Shown here piece by piece: positions 36,198 through 45,792 of a stretch of 64,000 bases of DNA. Each line of letters starts with the position of its first letter. Position 1 is the first letter of the stretch. Under the pieces are notes generated by a model that made no database searches, had not been told where the DNA came from, and worked only from the letters and a program-made list of their open reading frames with translations. Where the stretch lies: IMG/VR virus record IMGVR_UViG_3300043423_000073, positions 90,700-154,699 of that record; one strand, 5' to 3'. This DNA is from a virus (Duplodnaviria; Caudoviricetes). The position numbers were made by a program, and so were the translations under genes.

Positions 36198-38082
36198 GAC
36201 CAAAGCCGGCCGGGCAGCTTTGTCTGCTCTCGCCAATGCGGCCAAGGCTAGCAAGGTTATCAGTCCTGAGGTGCGCGCCGCAAGAAGTGCTGCCCACAGT
36301 GAGCAATTGAGAAAGCGCCACGCCAACACCTCGCCGGAGCAAAAGGCAGCAACAGCCGAGAAGCGTAGGCGTTCTCTCCTAGCCTATTGGGCAAGTCGCA
36401 AAGGTAAGCCTGACCCTGAACGGTCCGCCAAGATTAGCGCAGCCCAGAAAAAGATACATGCGGGCCTTACTACGAAAGAGAGGGAGGCGCGCAGGAAGGT
36501 ACTCATTAAGGCAAACCGGCTGTCTAATCTCAAGCCTCACCGTAAGTTGAGTGCCAAAGAGATGGCGGTCGCTAATGAAAAGCGGGCAAAGAGCTGGACC
36601 CAAGATGCCAGACAAGCCCAGGCTGCTCGCTCTGTGCAGGTTGCAAACCTACGCTCGCCGGAGGATAAGGCGGTCATAACGTCCAAGCGGCTCGCCTCCT
36701 ACCTTGGTCGATCCGATGCCGACAAGGCAAAAACGTCGAAAAAGATTCGGCTGGCCTACAGCAGGCTAACGCTTGATGAGAAACAGGCGCTTCTTGCCTG
36801 GCGAAATGCAACCAAGCGTGCGCGCGGTACGTTTAACACTTCTCAGGCAGAGGAAGACGCGTATCAGCTACTCTGCGAATACTTTGAGGCCAGTCGCATC
36901 CATAGGAACTTTAGGAGCCCTGTGTACCCATACGCCTGCGACTTTGTAGTTAATCTGGCGGCGGAGGGCAGGTCGCATATCAAAGACGCCTTGTTCATTG
37001 AGTGCAACTTTCATTGGACGCACGGTGGGGCGCCGTTTGACCCCACTGCTCTGCCGCATCGTCAGGCCTTGCGCCGCTGGCGTACCAAGGCCAAGACCAG
37101 CCCGTACTTTGCGACAGGCATAGGTGTTTGGACGGAACGAGATGTTGCAAAACGAGCATTGGCGCGGAAGAACAATCTGTCGTGGTTCGAGTTCTTTAAC
37201 CTCGACGCGCTTGCCGACTTTCTAAAGCGTGCGCATAAGAGACCGAAGCTTGCCTACACCTACACGGACAACGAGCTTGCAAAGGCCGTTGACCGAGTAG
37301 CACATAAGTCGCCAAGATACGTCAATGAGTTTACGTTCAACTTTATGCCGCACTTTTACCGAAAAGAGTTTGCGCTATGGGGTGACACGATAACTCGTTT
37401 TCGTCTTTTGGCCAATCGTGAAAAGTATTTGCGAAAGCCTGCAGCTAGTCTCACCGACCAAGAGATATTGGCAGGTTTCCGAAAATCGGGCCTAACTCAT
37501 CGCGAGCACTTTAGCCACTTTCCAGTCTGCCTAGTCAAGCAGTTTGTTGATTTAGTTGGTCCTCGTAGTGTGTATGATCCATTCCTCGGGTGGGGCCATC
37601 GCATGGTAGGCTTTGCGGCATTAAACGTTAAATACACTGGTAACGACCTCTGGGACAAGTCATACAAAGGAGGGCGTCGAATTGCGGCGTGGCTTAGCGC
37701 GAACTGGACCGGTGCAAGCTGTAGTGCCTTGCAGGGTGACGCCGCGGTGGTCAAGCCCGACGGTAAGCACGACGCAGTGTTCACTTGTCCTCCTTATCCC
37801 TTAGCCGCTGAGGTGTACGAATCGTCTGCAGGTGCCGAGCATCTGCCGCTAAAAGACTATTGGACATGGTGGGCGAAAGTGGTCAAGGCTGGGGCAGCCA
37901 AGAACGTGAGGAGCATAGGGCTAGTCGTGCCGTCACGGTGGGAGAAAGAATACGCAGAACCGATACTCGGCAAGGGTTTCGAGTTAGTCCACAGGGAGCT
38001 AGTCCTGCCTAACGGCAGAGCAGCAAGCCACCTTAGTGTCAAAAAGAACTTTGAGGTATTTTTAATATGGAGAAAACAATGA
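36172..38082 (+). CDS. Basic repeats + Vsr/DUF559-like endonuclease + amino-DNA-methyltransferase fusion inserted in the split intein
   Basis: GGGAG RBS, ATG 36172; SQAEE…YPYACDF…LFIECNFHWTHG…DVAKR…NNL nuclease; DPFLGWG (motif I) and FTCPPY (motif IV). Confidence 0.8.
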   Translation: MPKTGLTSKTKAGRAALSALANAAKASKVISPEVRAARSAAHSEQLRKRHANTSPEQKAATAEKRRRSLLAYWASRKGKPDPERSAKISAAQKKIHAGLTTKEREARRKVLIKANRLSNLKPHRKLSAKEMAVANEKRAKSWTQDARQAQAARSVQVANLRSPEDKAVITSKRLASYLGRSDADKAKTSKKIRLAYSRLTLDEKQALLAWRNATKRARGTFNTSQAEEDAYQLLCEYFEASRIHRNFRSPVYPYACDFVVNLAAEGRSHIKDALFIECNFHWTHGGAPFDPTALPHRQALRRWRTKAKTSPYFATGIGVWTERDVAKRALARKNNLSWFEFFNLDALADFLKRAHKRPKLAYTYTDNELAKAVDRVAHKSPRYVNEFTFNFMPHFYRKEFALWGDTITRFRLLANREKYLRKPAASLTDQEILAGFRKSGLTHREHFSHFPVCLVKQFVDLVGPRSVYDPFLGWGHRMVGFAALNVKYTGNDLWDKSYKGGRRIAAWLSANWTGASCSALQGDAAVVKPDGKHDAVFTCPPYPLAAEVYESSAGAEHLPLKDYWTWWAKVVKAGAAKNVRSIGLVVPSRWEKEYAEPILGKGFELVHRELVLPNGRAASHLSVKKNFEVFLIWRKQ

Positions 38083-38693
38083 TTGTTGCAGTAGTAGGTC
38101 AGAATGGGCCTGAGGCCGGAGGTAAGTTTGGTTTCATGGGTGAGGCACCTTTGCTGCGTCTTGAGACCGAGTCCGGGCACCTTATCGAAGGCAAGCACGG
38201 TCACAGAGTCTGGGCGTGCAAGGCCGCAACTACCGACTTTGCTTGGTACCCGATCGAGGAGCTCCAACAAACGGACTTTGTCCAATATCGACTCGGGGAC
38301 AACCTTTGGGGCACAAACGAAGTCGCTAACAATGTGGTGCAAGCCTACGTTAAAGACGCAGCAAGTCTTGAGGAAGTTCCTCGTGTCATTCGTACCGCGG
38401 CTGAGCCGCACGTCGTCGCCTTCTTGTCGGCCGTCTTTGGTCACGGCGCTGTGCAAAGTCGTGAGTTCAAAACTACGCAGACTGCCATCGACATTCACCT
38501 CATGCTGTGCAACCTTGGCTACACTGCCGTGCGCATAGAGAAAACAGTAAAACGCGGCGTCCTTGATACGACTCCTCGGCAAATGTTTTCTCGCGTCAAA
38601 GCCAGCACAGTGCTTGGGGGTGCTCACCCTACTTACGACATTAACGTGCCTGGCTCAAGCACAATTGTTACCAACGGCATTGTCAGCCACAAC
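38079..38693 (+). mobile_element. Split intein C-fragment (~205 aa) with degenerate LAGLIDADG remnant
   Basis: LETESGHLIEGKHGH (block B), VPRVI…AFLSAVFGHG…LMLCNLGY remnant, terminal HN/S. Confidence 0.85.
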
Positions 38694-39251
38694 TCTGACG
38701 TTCGCCTCAAGCACACTAGCCGAGCACTTTCTGCCGCACCGTTCAGCCCTAAGCCGGACAAGAACAAAGACTACAATGAGAGCGAAGCCTCCGTTGAGTT
38801 TGACGGTAAAGACGTTTACCGCTACGTGGTTATCAAGGCTATCAAGAACAAGTTGTGGACGCCTCAACGTCAGGCGCCTTTGCGCATCTGGGTTGAAGAC
38901 GGAAGCGGCACTGCCCGCGGTTTCGATCCGGTGTTCGACACCATCTGGTACTTGGTCAATACTGGGCAGATGGCGGGAACAAGAAAGAGCTTCAAGTTAA
39001 ATCTTCACAAGAAGGGCGCAGGGGCCAAACCTATTACGTGGGAGCACTTGAAGCGCTGGGTGCTGGGTGACAAGGCCACAATGACCAAAATCTGTCAGGC
39101 CCTTGGCTACAAGCCTTTCTCGATTCGCACTTTCTGTTTCAGCCAAATGGCTTCTGGCATTTCCGAGGAACTTTACCTTGAGCACCTTAACAGCAAAAAC
39201 AAGAACGGCAGTGAGGAAGAAGAAGGCAGCGGCGGTGGAGACGACGAGTAA
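38079..39251 (+). CDS. recA: Split intein C-fragment fused to the RecA C-terminal half
   Basis: ATGA overlap with upstream stop; IntC ends TYDINV…NGIVSHN then SDVRL (RecA ASVRL), KAIKNK. Confidence 0.88.
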   Translation: MIVAVVGQNGPEAGGKFGFMGEAPLLRLETESGHLIEGKHGHRVWACKAATTDFAWYPIEELQQTDFVQYRLGDNLWGTNEVANNVVQAYVKDAASLEEVPRVIRTAAEPHVVAFLSAVFGHGAVQSREFKTTQTAIDIHLMLCNLGYTAVRIEKTVKRGVLDTTPRQMFSRVKASTVLGGAHPTYDINVPGSSTIVTNGIVSHNSDVRLKHTSRALSAAPFSPKPDKNKDYNESEASVEFDGKDVYRYVVIKAIKNKLWTPQRQAPLRIWVEDGSGTARGFDPVFDTIWYLVNTGQMAGTRKSFKLNLHKKGAGAKPITWEHLKRWVLGDKATMTKICQALGYKPFSIRTFCFSQMASGISEELYLEHLNSKNKNGSEEEEGSGGGDDE

Positions 39252-39837
39252 CCTGCTCAATGAGCTTGAGAACCGCTTTGCTACATTAGCTCACTCAATA
39301 CCACAAGCGAGGCGGCAGAACCGCACGTCTCGCTTCTGGCATACTGTCGAGGCGACTACTCAGGAAAACATTGACAGCCTAAAAGCGTCAATTAAGCCAA
39401 AGCAGCTTGAGCACATTGACGCACCTATCGAGCGTCGCGCCTTGCGCTACAAGAAAGAACTACCGCCTTTGTTGAAGACTAACATTCGGCACATTCGCGA
39501 GTTCTTTCTTACTGAGATTGCACCTTTAACCTTTGCGGTAGGTGGCGGCGTTATCCAGTCGCGAGCCGTTGCCGAGCGAACTATTGAGTCAGGTGTAGAC
39601 TCTTCAATGTTTGCACGCTTTGAGCAAATGGTAGGCAGGGCCGCGACCTTGCGCATGGCCCATTACGTGCTCGATATGTTTGAGCTGCCGCCCGCATTTC
39701 TAAACGACATTATCGGACGCCCGAATGAAAAAGAGCCTAAGTCAAGCCGAGAAAGCCCAACGCCGAGAAGCACGCCTCCACAGCCTGCTCGGCGACCTAA
39801 TGATCCCACATCACGCAGAGCACAACCCAGCCGTTGA
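39235..39837 (+). CDS. Hypothetical protein (start uncertain)
   Basis: Open frame between RecA-C and terminase. Confidence 0.6.
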   Translation: METTSNLLNELENRFATLAHSIPQARRQNRTSRFWHTVEATTQENIDSLKASIKPKQLEHIDAPIERRALRYKKELPPLLKTNIRHIREFFLTEIAPLTFAVGGGVIQSRAVAERTIESGVDSSMFARFEQMVGRAATLRMAHYVLDMFELPPAFLNDIIGRPNEKEPKSSRESPTPRSTPPQPARRPNDPTSRRAQPSR

Positions 39838-41839
39838 CATGACTGCACTCGAAGCTCGCTACGACGACGAGTCCTTCGACATTGTGCGTTTAATGTCGGA
39901 GGCTCGCGACCCGGACACTGGGCTTCTCCGCGATTTGCGTATTGATGACCGTGATCTCAAGGAAGCATCCTCGTTCTACGACTTTGCGTTCACCACCATT
40001 GGCAAAGACGCCCACCCACCGTGGATCGTGCAGGGCTGGACAGGCTTACTTTTATTCGGCGAAGTCTGCACTCATTGCAGCGATCCGCGCTGGCTAAACT
40101 TGGAGTGGTTCGTCGACCACGTGCCCAAAGACAAGCCGTTTGCGGACATTAAAGAAGGGCTAACCATCCTCAAGCATGGTGTGTGCCCAACTTGCGGTCG
40201 CCACAAACACGAGTTGATCAAAGACCACGGTCTTCACAACTATGCTGAGTTGGTCAACGTGCTTGGCCAGCGTAGCGGCAAGTCAGCCAGCGCGGCGTAC
40301 ATGGCTTGCTACCACACCCACCGTTTCCTAAAGTTTCCTCGCCTGGCTGACCACACGAATGCCATGCAGAAGAGTACCGAGCTGACGAGCACCTTTGTGT
40401 CTCTCACCTATGCCAAGGCCATCGGTTTGCTCTGGACGCCCTACTTTAACATGATTAGCGAATCCAGCTGGTATTCTGCTTTCCACAAAATGTTAGACTT
40501 TTACGGCAATAGGTACGGGGTGGAGCTTTATCGCAAGCGAGATGAGTACCTAAAATATTTCCACAAGAACCTTCGCTGCTACCCGACTAACCCAAAATCG
40601 CAAACGCTTCGCGGCGACACCCGAAAGCTGGCTGTGATTGACGAATTGGGTCTCTTCCCACTGCCCTCTGGCAACGACGAGGAAGACGAGAAGTCCGACC
40701 GCGCTAACGCTGACGAGGCGCACAAGTCTCTTACCAACAGCTTGGTAACCGTTCAGGCTATTCAGCGCAAACTCTTGGCAAAAGGTATGAACTGCCCACC
40801 TGCGCTAATGCTGGGCGTGTCTTCACCTATCTCAATGCGGGACAAGGTCATGCGAAGATTGCAGGACGCCAAGACGGTTGAGGGCGAAAAGTACATTCTC
40901 GGTGTTAACCTTGCTACCTGGAATGTCAATCCTTCGATTGATCGCGATACACCAATGATTGCCTTGGCCTATGCCTCCAACCCGGAGAAGGCAGAGCGCG
41001 ACTTTGGTGCCAACCCTCCGAGGGTTAGCCAGACCTTTATCAAGCCGCAGCAAGTACCGCTAACCTTGTTTTCAGGCAAGAACACTCACCACGCTCGCTA
41101 CCAGTACGACATACCTGAGTTCATATACGGTAAGCTTGACCGCTTTTACTCTCCTCGTTGGCCCTCTGTGCTTACGATTGATGCAGGTTACAGCAACAAT
41201 AGCTTTGCCTTAACGGGCGGTCACTTTGACTTTGACACGCAGAAGACAGTGATTTCAACCGTTGTGGAAGTCATGACCCAGGAGGGAAGAAAGATTGACT
41301 TTAACGCAATCTACCTCAACATGATTCTCCCGCTCATTAAAGACTTGAACGCCGTCTTGTTGGTTGCGGACCAATGGCAGTCACTAGACATTCTTAGCAG
41401 AGCAAAGGCAGACAGCGGGCTAGAACCTCTAAATAAGAAGGCGATGCCGCGCTGCATGACCACCCAGTTCAGCCCAAAGCGTAAAGACTTTGACTTCTTT
41501 CTGTCCATGCTGGAAAACGGTAACCTTGTCTTACCGCACCTGTCTAATGCCGATTACACTACTGTTTGCTCAGAGTTTATTGACTACCGAACTCTTGCAG
41601 GACAGCCGGTTAAGCACTGGTTGCTCCAGGCGCTGACCGTGCAGGATCAAGGTGTCGGTAAGGCGCCCGGAAAAGGCCAAGGCTTTACAGATGACTTGTT
41701 CCGGGCGTCTGTACTTCTCACAAAGATTCATCACCCTAAGGTGATGGAGAGGCTAAAGCTGGCCTGTACTTGGCCAAGTGTGGGTGGTGCGGCTAAATCT
41801 TCAATGCCAAAACCCGTTTACGTTTCGAGGAGCTTCTGA
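39725..41839 (+). CDS. terL: Terminase large subunit
   Basis: Walker A GQRSGKS, LRGDT, Walker B AVIDE, nuclease TIDAG…NSFA, TDDL; N-terminal CxxC pairs. Confidence 0.85.
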   Translation: MKKSLSQAEKAQRREARLHSLLGDLMIPHHAEHNPAVDMTALEARYDDESFDIVRLMSEARDPDTGLLRDLRIDDRDLKEASSFYDFAFTTIGKDAHPPWIVQGWTGLLLFGEVCTHCSDPRWLNLEWFVDHVPKDKPFADIKEGLTILKHGVCPTCGRHKHELIKDHGLHNYAELVNVLGQRSGKSASAAYMACYHTHRFLKFPRLADHTNAMQKSTELTSTFVSLTYAKAIGLLWTPYFNMISESSWYSAFHKMLDFYGNRYGVELYRKRDEYLKYFHKNLRCYPTNPKSQTLRGDTRKLAVIDELGLFPLPSGNDEEDEKSDRANADEAHKSLTNSLVTVQAIQRKLLAKGMNCPPALMLGVSSPISMRDKVMRRLQDAKTVEGEKYILGVNLATWNVNPSIDRDTPMIALAYASNPEKAERDFGANPPRVSQTFIKPQQVPLTLFSGKNTHHARYQYDIPEFIYGKLDRFYSPRWPSVLTIDAGYSNNSFALTGGHFDFDTQKTVISTVVEVMTQEGRKIDFNAIYLNMILPLIKDLNAVLLVADQWQSLDILSRAKADSGLEPLNKKAMPRCMTTQFSPKRKDFDFFLSMLENGNLVLPHLSNADYTTVCSEFIDYRTLAGQPVKHWLLQALTVQDQGVGKAPGKGQGFTDDLFRASVLLTKIHHPKVMERLKLACTWPSVGGAAKSSMPKPVYVSRSF

Positions 41840-41849
41840 TAATTTTATG
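41840..41849 (+). promoter_or_regulatory. Putative late-promoter motif TAATTTTATG (second copy 45504-45513)
   Basis: Same 10-mer at the ends of terL and portal, ~25-30 nt before the next starts. Confidence 0.45.
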
Positions 41850-41872
41850 GGAGTAAACAACGAAAATGCAAA

Positions 41873-42472
41873 ATGAAACGAAAAAAGAAAGCATTACGCA
41901 AGCCCAATGCGTCCTACGTGCTTCCGTTAAAAGTTCAGCCCTGTGACAAGTATGTTATTGGTCTTGATCCAGGCAGCAGAAACTTTGGCATTGCGGCCAT
42001 TGGTATCAAAGGAACCAAAGTCTTTGTTGCCGCGACCTCGGTGTTAACCAACCCGCTTAACGACATGGTCAATGTCAACAAACCTCGCGCCGATTTTCTC
42101 GCAGAGATTGAACGCTGGGTCTCACTCTTTCAGCCTGTGGCCTTTGTAGGCGAGCGTTTTCAGACACGAGGTAATTCGGGGCCGTTGATTGAGTATTGCA
42201 GTCTCATGCTCGGCCTTGTGGCCGGCGCGTATCCAAGCCTGCCGTTTAAGCTCACCATCGCTTCCGCCTGGAAGAACCGAGTGCAGAAACGCTTTGGCAA
42301 GTCGCTGCGGGATGACGTGTACCCTGTCAGCTCTGCGGAAGCCCATCAGATTGATGCTGCGCTTATTGGCGTGTTTGGTTTTGAGTCTGGTCTTGGCCTA
42401 GAACTGCCGTATGACCTAGACGACATTGTTAAGCAAGTTGAAGAAACAAATTTGAAAAAGGTGAAGCCATGA
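41873..42472 (+). CDS. RuvC-like Holliday junction resolvase
   Basis: IGLDPGSRNFGIA, VGERF, SAWK, HQIDA. Confidence 0.8.
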   Translation: MKRKKKALRKPNASYVLPLKVQPCDKYVIGLDPGSRNFGIAAIGIKGTKVFVAATSVLTNPLNDMVNVNKPRADFLAEIERWVSLFQPVAFVGERFQTRGNSGPLIEYCSLMLGLVAGAYPSLPFKLTIASAWKNRVQKRFGKSLRDDVYPVSSAEAHQIDAALIGVFGFESGLGLELPYDLDDIVKQVEETNLKKVKP

Positions 42473-42669
42473 AACTACCCCAAGCCTTTCTAACTGCGGC
42501 CAACAAGTCGCAGTCCGTCACCGGCCGTGTTGACATGGGAGACATTGTGCTTGAGAACAAGTGCCCTGAGTGCAAGCAGCCGATGAAGCAATGTTTTCTC
42601 GAAGGCGACCAGGAAGTCAATGCCTGCGTGGCTTGCCGCATCACACTCCCCCGCCAAAATGCGAACTAA
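42469..42669 (+). CDS. Small zinc-ribbon protein
   Basis: CPEC…CVAC. Confidence 0.7.
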   Translation: MKLPQAFLTAANKSQSVTGRVDMGDIVLENKCPECKQPMKQCFLEGDQEVNACVACRITLPRQNAN

Positions 42670-43255
42670 GACTGCTGCTGTGGCCGAAGCGCCTGTGAAG
42701 AGGAAAAAGAAAAGAGTAACCGCACTTGCGGTTGTGCCCGCTCCTCCTCGCCGTGGAATGAGCAAGCTCGACGATGCAGACGTGAGCTCGATTGTTGCGG
42801 ACAGCCGGCACGAAATTCAGCAAATGCTAGAGGATTCTGATAACGACTCCGCCTCGGCATTGATGAAGAAGCGCATGCTGCAGATGCTTACCGACCTTCT
42901 GCCGTTCGCTGAGACCGCCGTTCGTAACTCCAAGGGCGCAAAAGGTGTTTACCAGATCAACAGTCTGATAACTTCGATTCGCGAACTCTTGATTGACATT
43001 AAGAGCGACCAAGATCGTGGCCAGATCGGACACCTCATGGTCGAGCAAATCGTGCGCCCTGCGTTCCTCGATGTCGGTATGGCAATTGTGCAGGAGAACG
43101 ATAACTTTCTCCGAACAGTACGCGAGTACCTGCAGTCGGAAGATTACAGGTCAGTGAAGGCCGCACACCAAGAATCTCTGAAAGCCATCTCTGTGCGTAT
43201 TCAAGCCGAGTACAAACTTGCCTCAGAAAAGGCCGTAGCCTTTATGCAAAAATGA
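42659..43255 (+). CDS. Helical hypothetical protein (possible terminase small subunit)
   Basis: Alpha-helical, between terL and portal; function by position only. Confidence 0.5.
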   Translation: MRTKTAAVAEAPVKRKKKRVTALAVVPAPPRRGMSKLDDADVSSIVADSRHEIQQMLEDSDNDSASALMKKRMLQMLTDLLPFAETAVRNSKGAKGVYQINSLITSIRELLIDIKSDQDRGQIGHLMVEQIVRPAFLDVGMAIVQENDNFLRTVREYLQSEDYRSVKAAHQESLKAISVRIQAEYKLASEKAVAFMQK

Positions 43256-43704
43256 AAAACACTGATGCCGCCGACAGTCTCAAAGCACGCGTTGTCAACT
43301 ATTACAAAAAGAAACACCGAGTAGCCTTTTACGAATTGGGGCTCAACAAGGGCGGTCGGTTACGCGCAGACGTCTTCATCTTGGCAATGAGCGGCCATAT
43401 TGTTATCGTCGAAGTAAAATCTTCGGTGGCAGACTGGCGAGCAGACTTCAAAATTGGTAACTATGCGGCTTACTGCAATCAGCTCTACGCTGCCTTTTAC
43501 CGCCCTGTCTACGAGAAGGTTAAAGCCGAGATTCCCAAAGGCATCGGCGTTTTCATATTCGACGAGACAGACGGTCGCCGAAAGCCGACTATACTGAGAG
43601 CGGCTAACAACGAGCTTGACCTAGACACAAGAAATAATCTCCTTGTGCGCGCTGCATTTAGAAACGCGGACAACTGTAACCGCAAGAACAAAGGATCGGT
43701 ATGA
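43252..43704 (+). CDS. MmcB-like PD-(D/E)XK nuclease
   Basis: RADV…IVEVKSSVADWRAD.K…YCNQLY. Confidence 0.7.
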   Translation: MKNTDAADSLKARVVNYYKKKHRVAFYELGLNKGGRLRADVFILAMSGHIVIVEVKSSVADWRADFKIGNYAAYCNQLYAAFYRPVYEKVKAEIPKGIGVFIFDETDGRRKPTILRAANNELDLDTRNNLLVRAAFRNADNCNRKNKGSV

Positions 43705-45506
43705 CCCCGTTGAACAAGATTGTTGCAGTAACTTCGCAAGGTGGGTACACCACAACTGCTCACGGCGGTCAACGCATTACCGCCACGGCATCAAGCTACT
43801 CTGGCGGCACAGGCAACTCCACATTCAGCGCCTACGGTAATAGCCAGTACAACTATTACATGAGCAGCTTGCTGCCCGCAACTCCAGAGATAGCGGACAA
43901 TGCCGGTCTGCTCTATTTCTACCGAGACATTTACCTGCACGACAATACGGCAGGTTCCTGTGTGGACATCATGTCCACCTTTCCGTTCTCTGACTTTGAG
44001 ATCCGGGGGCTTGAGGGTCGCTACCTTAAAATCTTTAACGATGCTTTATCGCGCTTGAATGTCCCGGGCCTTATGCCACAGACAAGCGTCTCTACGCTTG
44101 TGGACGGTTTTACCGCGTCAACGCTCATTTACGATGCGCAGGCAAAGAACTTTATGGACGTGCTGACCTATGACTCTATGTCATGCTCAGTCATCCCGTC
44201 ACCCCTCCACAACCTAGACCCCGCGATCACCGTGTCCGTTGGCGGTCAGCTGCAACAGTTTGTAGAGCAAGCGGGTGACTATGCGCAGGAATACTTGAAC
44301 CGCATGCCCGCCTCCTTTGTCGAGCTTCTCAAGTCCGGCACCTTCCGGCTTGATCCTGTAACCACATTGTTCTTTGGCAGAAAGACTTTATCCGACCGCG
44401 CCTACGTGTCGTACCTGCATCGCATCCTGCCTATGTACTTGATTGAGAAAACAATGTACCGTGGCACTCTGACCGAGGCAAATCGTCGCCAACGCGCCAT
44501 GTCGCAGATCACGGCAGGTGATGATCTGTGGACGCCTACCGACGAAGAGCTACTTGCATTAGTCAAGCAGTTTCAGCTTGCTGAGCAAGATCCAATGGGT
44601 GGCTGGATCGGTACTCGTAACTCTGTCTCGGTAAATGACCTACGTCCGGCGGGGGAGTTCTGGAAATGGACAGACATGTCGGATCAAATGACAACCTACA
44701 AGTTGCGTGCGCTGGGTATATCCGAGGCCTTCCTGTCCGGTGACGCTTCCTATTCCAGTTCGGAGGCGGCGTTCTCCGCATTTCTTGAGACCATGAACTC
44801 GTGGCGTAGCCGTCAGACCTACGCCATGTTTGATCGAAAGATTCTTCCGTTGGTAGCCGTCGCTAACGGTCTCTACAAAGATCCTACTAGGAAGCCCAAG
44901 TCCGTTGCCGACTTCCTGTTTAACAGCTCTGACCGCGGCAACCTTATGCTGCCCACCATTCATTGGCACAAGGACTTGACCGCCGACACCGAAGACAACA
45001 TGATGGACATGCTTGAGCGATTAGCGGAGAAGACTAATGCGCCTATACCGATCAAGACGTGGGCAGCGGCGGCAGGCATAGACATTGAGACACTAGTCCG
45101 TGATGCCGAGTCAGATGAGGAGTTGCGCAAGCGTTTGAAAATTGGCAACGGCGGCGGCGACGACGGCGGTGGTAGCGGTGCAGGTTCGGGTTCGGGTGAG
45201 GAAGAATTTGAGGATGCTACGCCCAGCGAGGCTTCGTTTAGGGGCGCGTCAACGCTGCCATTCTCCGTGGTCAAAGGGCATAACAAAAGGAGCCTCGGTC
45301 TTTTCAACCGACGGTTTAGCGAGGACGACACCACAGGGCGTGATTCGCAGGGTCGGCGCACGCTGGCTGTTAACGCAAACGCGAAGCGGCGCGATGCTCA
45401 TTACAACATTGTGAAGGCCGCATTGAAGGCCAAAGATCCTATGGAGCGTGCGCGTATGCGCAAAGCCAACATTGACCGCTTTGGTGCGGCCACCGTGGAC
45501 TTGTAA
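43701..45506 (+). CDS. Portal protein
   Basis: 601 aa near terL; YRDIY, SYLHRI, LRALGISEAFLSG…Y portal-like pattern. Confidence 0.7.
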   Translation: MTPLNKIVAVTSQGGYTTTAHGGQRITATASSYSGGTGNSTFSAYGNSQYNYYMSSLLPATPEIADNAGLLYFYRDIYLHDNTAGSCVDIMSTFPFSDFEIRGLEGRYLKIFNDALSRLNVPGLMPQTSVSTLVDGFTASTLIYDAQAKNFMDVLTYDSMSCSVIPSPLHNLDPAITVSVGGQLQQFVEQAGDYAQEYLNRMPASFVELLKSGTFRLDPVTTLFFGRKTLSDRAYVSYLHRILPMYLIEKTMYRGTLTEANRRQRAMSQITAGDDLWTPTDEELLALVKQFQLAEQDPMGGWIGTRNSVSVNDLRPAGEFWKWTDMSDQMTTYKLRALGISEAFLSGDASYSSSEAAFSAFLETMNSWRSRQTYAMFDRKILPLVAVANGLYKDPTRKPKSVADFLFNSSDRGNLMLPTIHWHKDLTADTEDNMMDMLERLAEKTNAPIPIKTWAAAAGIDIETLVRDAESDEELRKRLKIGNGGGDDGGGSGAGSGSGEEEFEDATPSEASFRGASTLPFSVVKGHNKRSLGLFNRRFSEDDTTGRDSQGRRTLAVNANAKRRDAHYNIVKAALKAKDPMERARMRKANIDRFGAATVDL

Positions 45507-45534
45507 TTTTATGTTGTAGAACAAGGAAACAACT

Positions 45535-45792
45535 ATGCATGGATTTTTGCTCCAGGCTGCTCCAAAAAGCGAGCAGGCTTATGACTTCTTTACATACAGC
45601 GGCCCTCGAATTAGTCTCAACTTTCGCGGCACGGAAAAGACAGTGCAGAAGGGTGACCGCTTCGGTGTTCGTCCGTCCTCAAGCGGTAAGCACATTCGCC
45701 TGATCTTTCCAGGTGAGGCCACAAAGGTGTACACGCTTGATATGGACACTGCGAAAAGGTTAGCGCGTGGGGTCAGCCGTGAACGTCATTAA
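45535..45792 (+). CDS. Hypothetical protein
   Basis: AAGGA RBS. Confidence 0.7.
   Translation: MHGFLLQAAPKSEQAYDFFTYSGPRISLNFRGTEKTVQKGDRFGVRPSSSGKHIRLIFPGEATKVYTLDMDTAKRLARGVSRERH

Noticed and set aside
36172-38082. Group I/II intron as the explanation for the recA interruption
   Set aside because: The insert ORF overlaps both flanking ORFs, leaving no visible room for a ribozyme core, and the C-half has its own RBS/ATG. Not formally excluded without RT-PCR.
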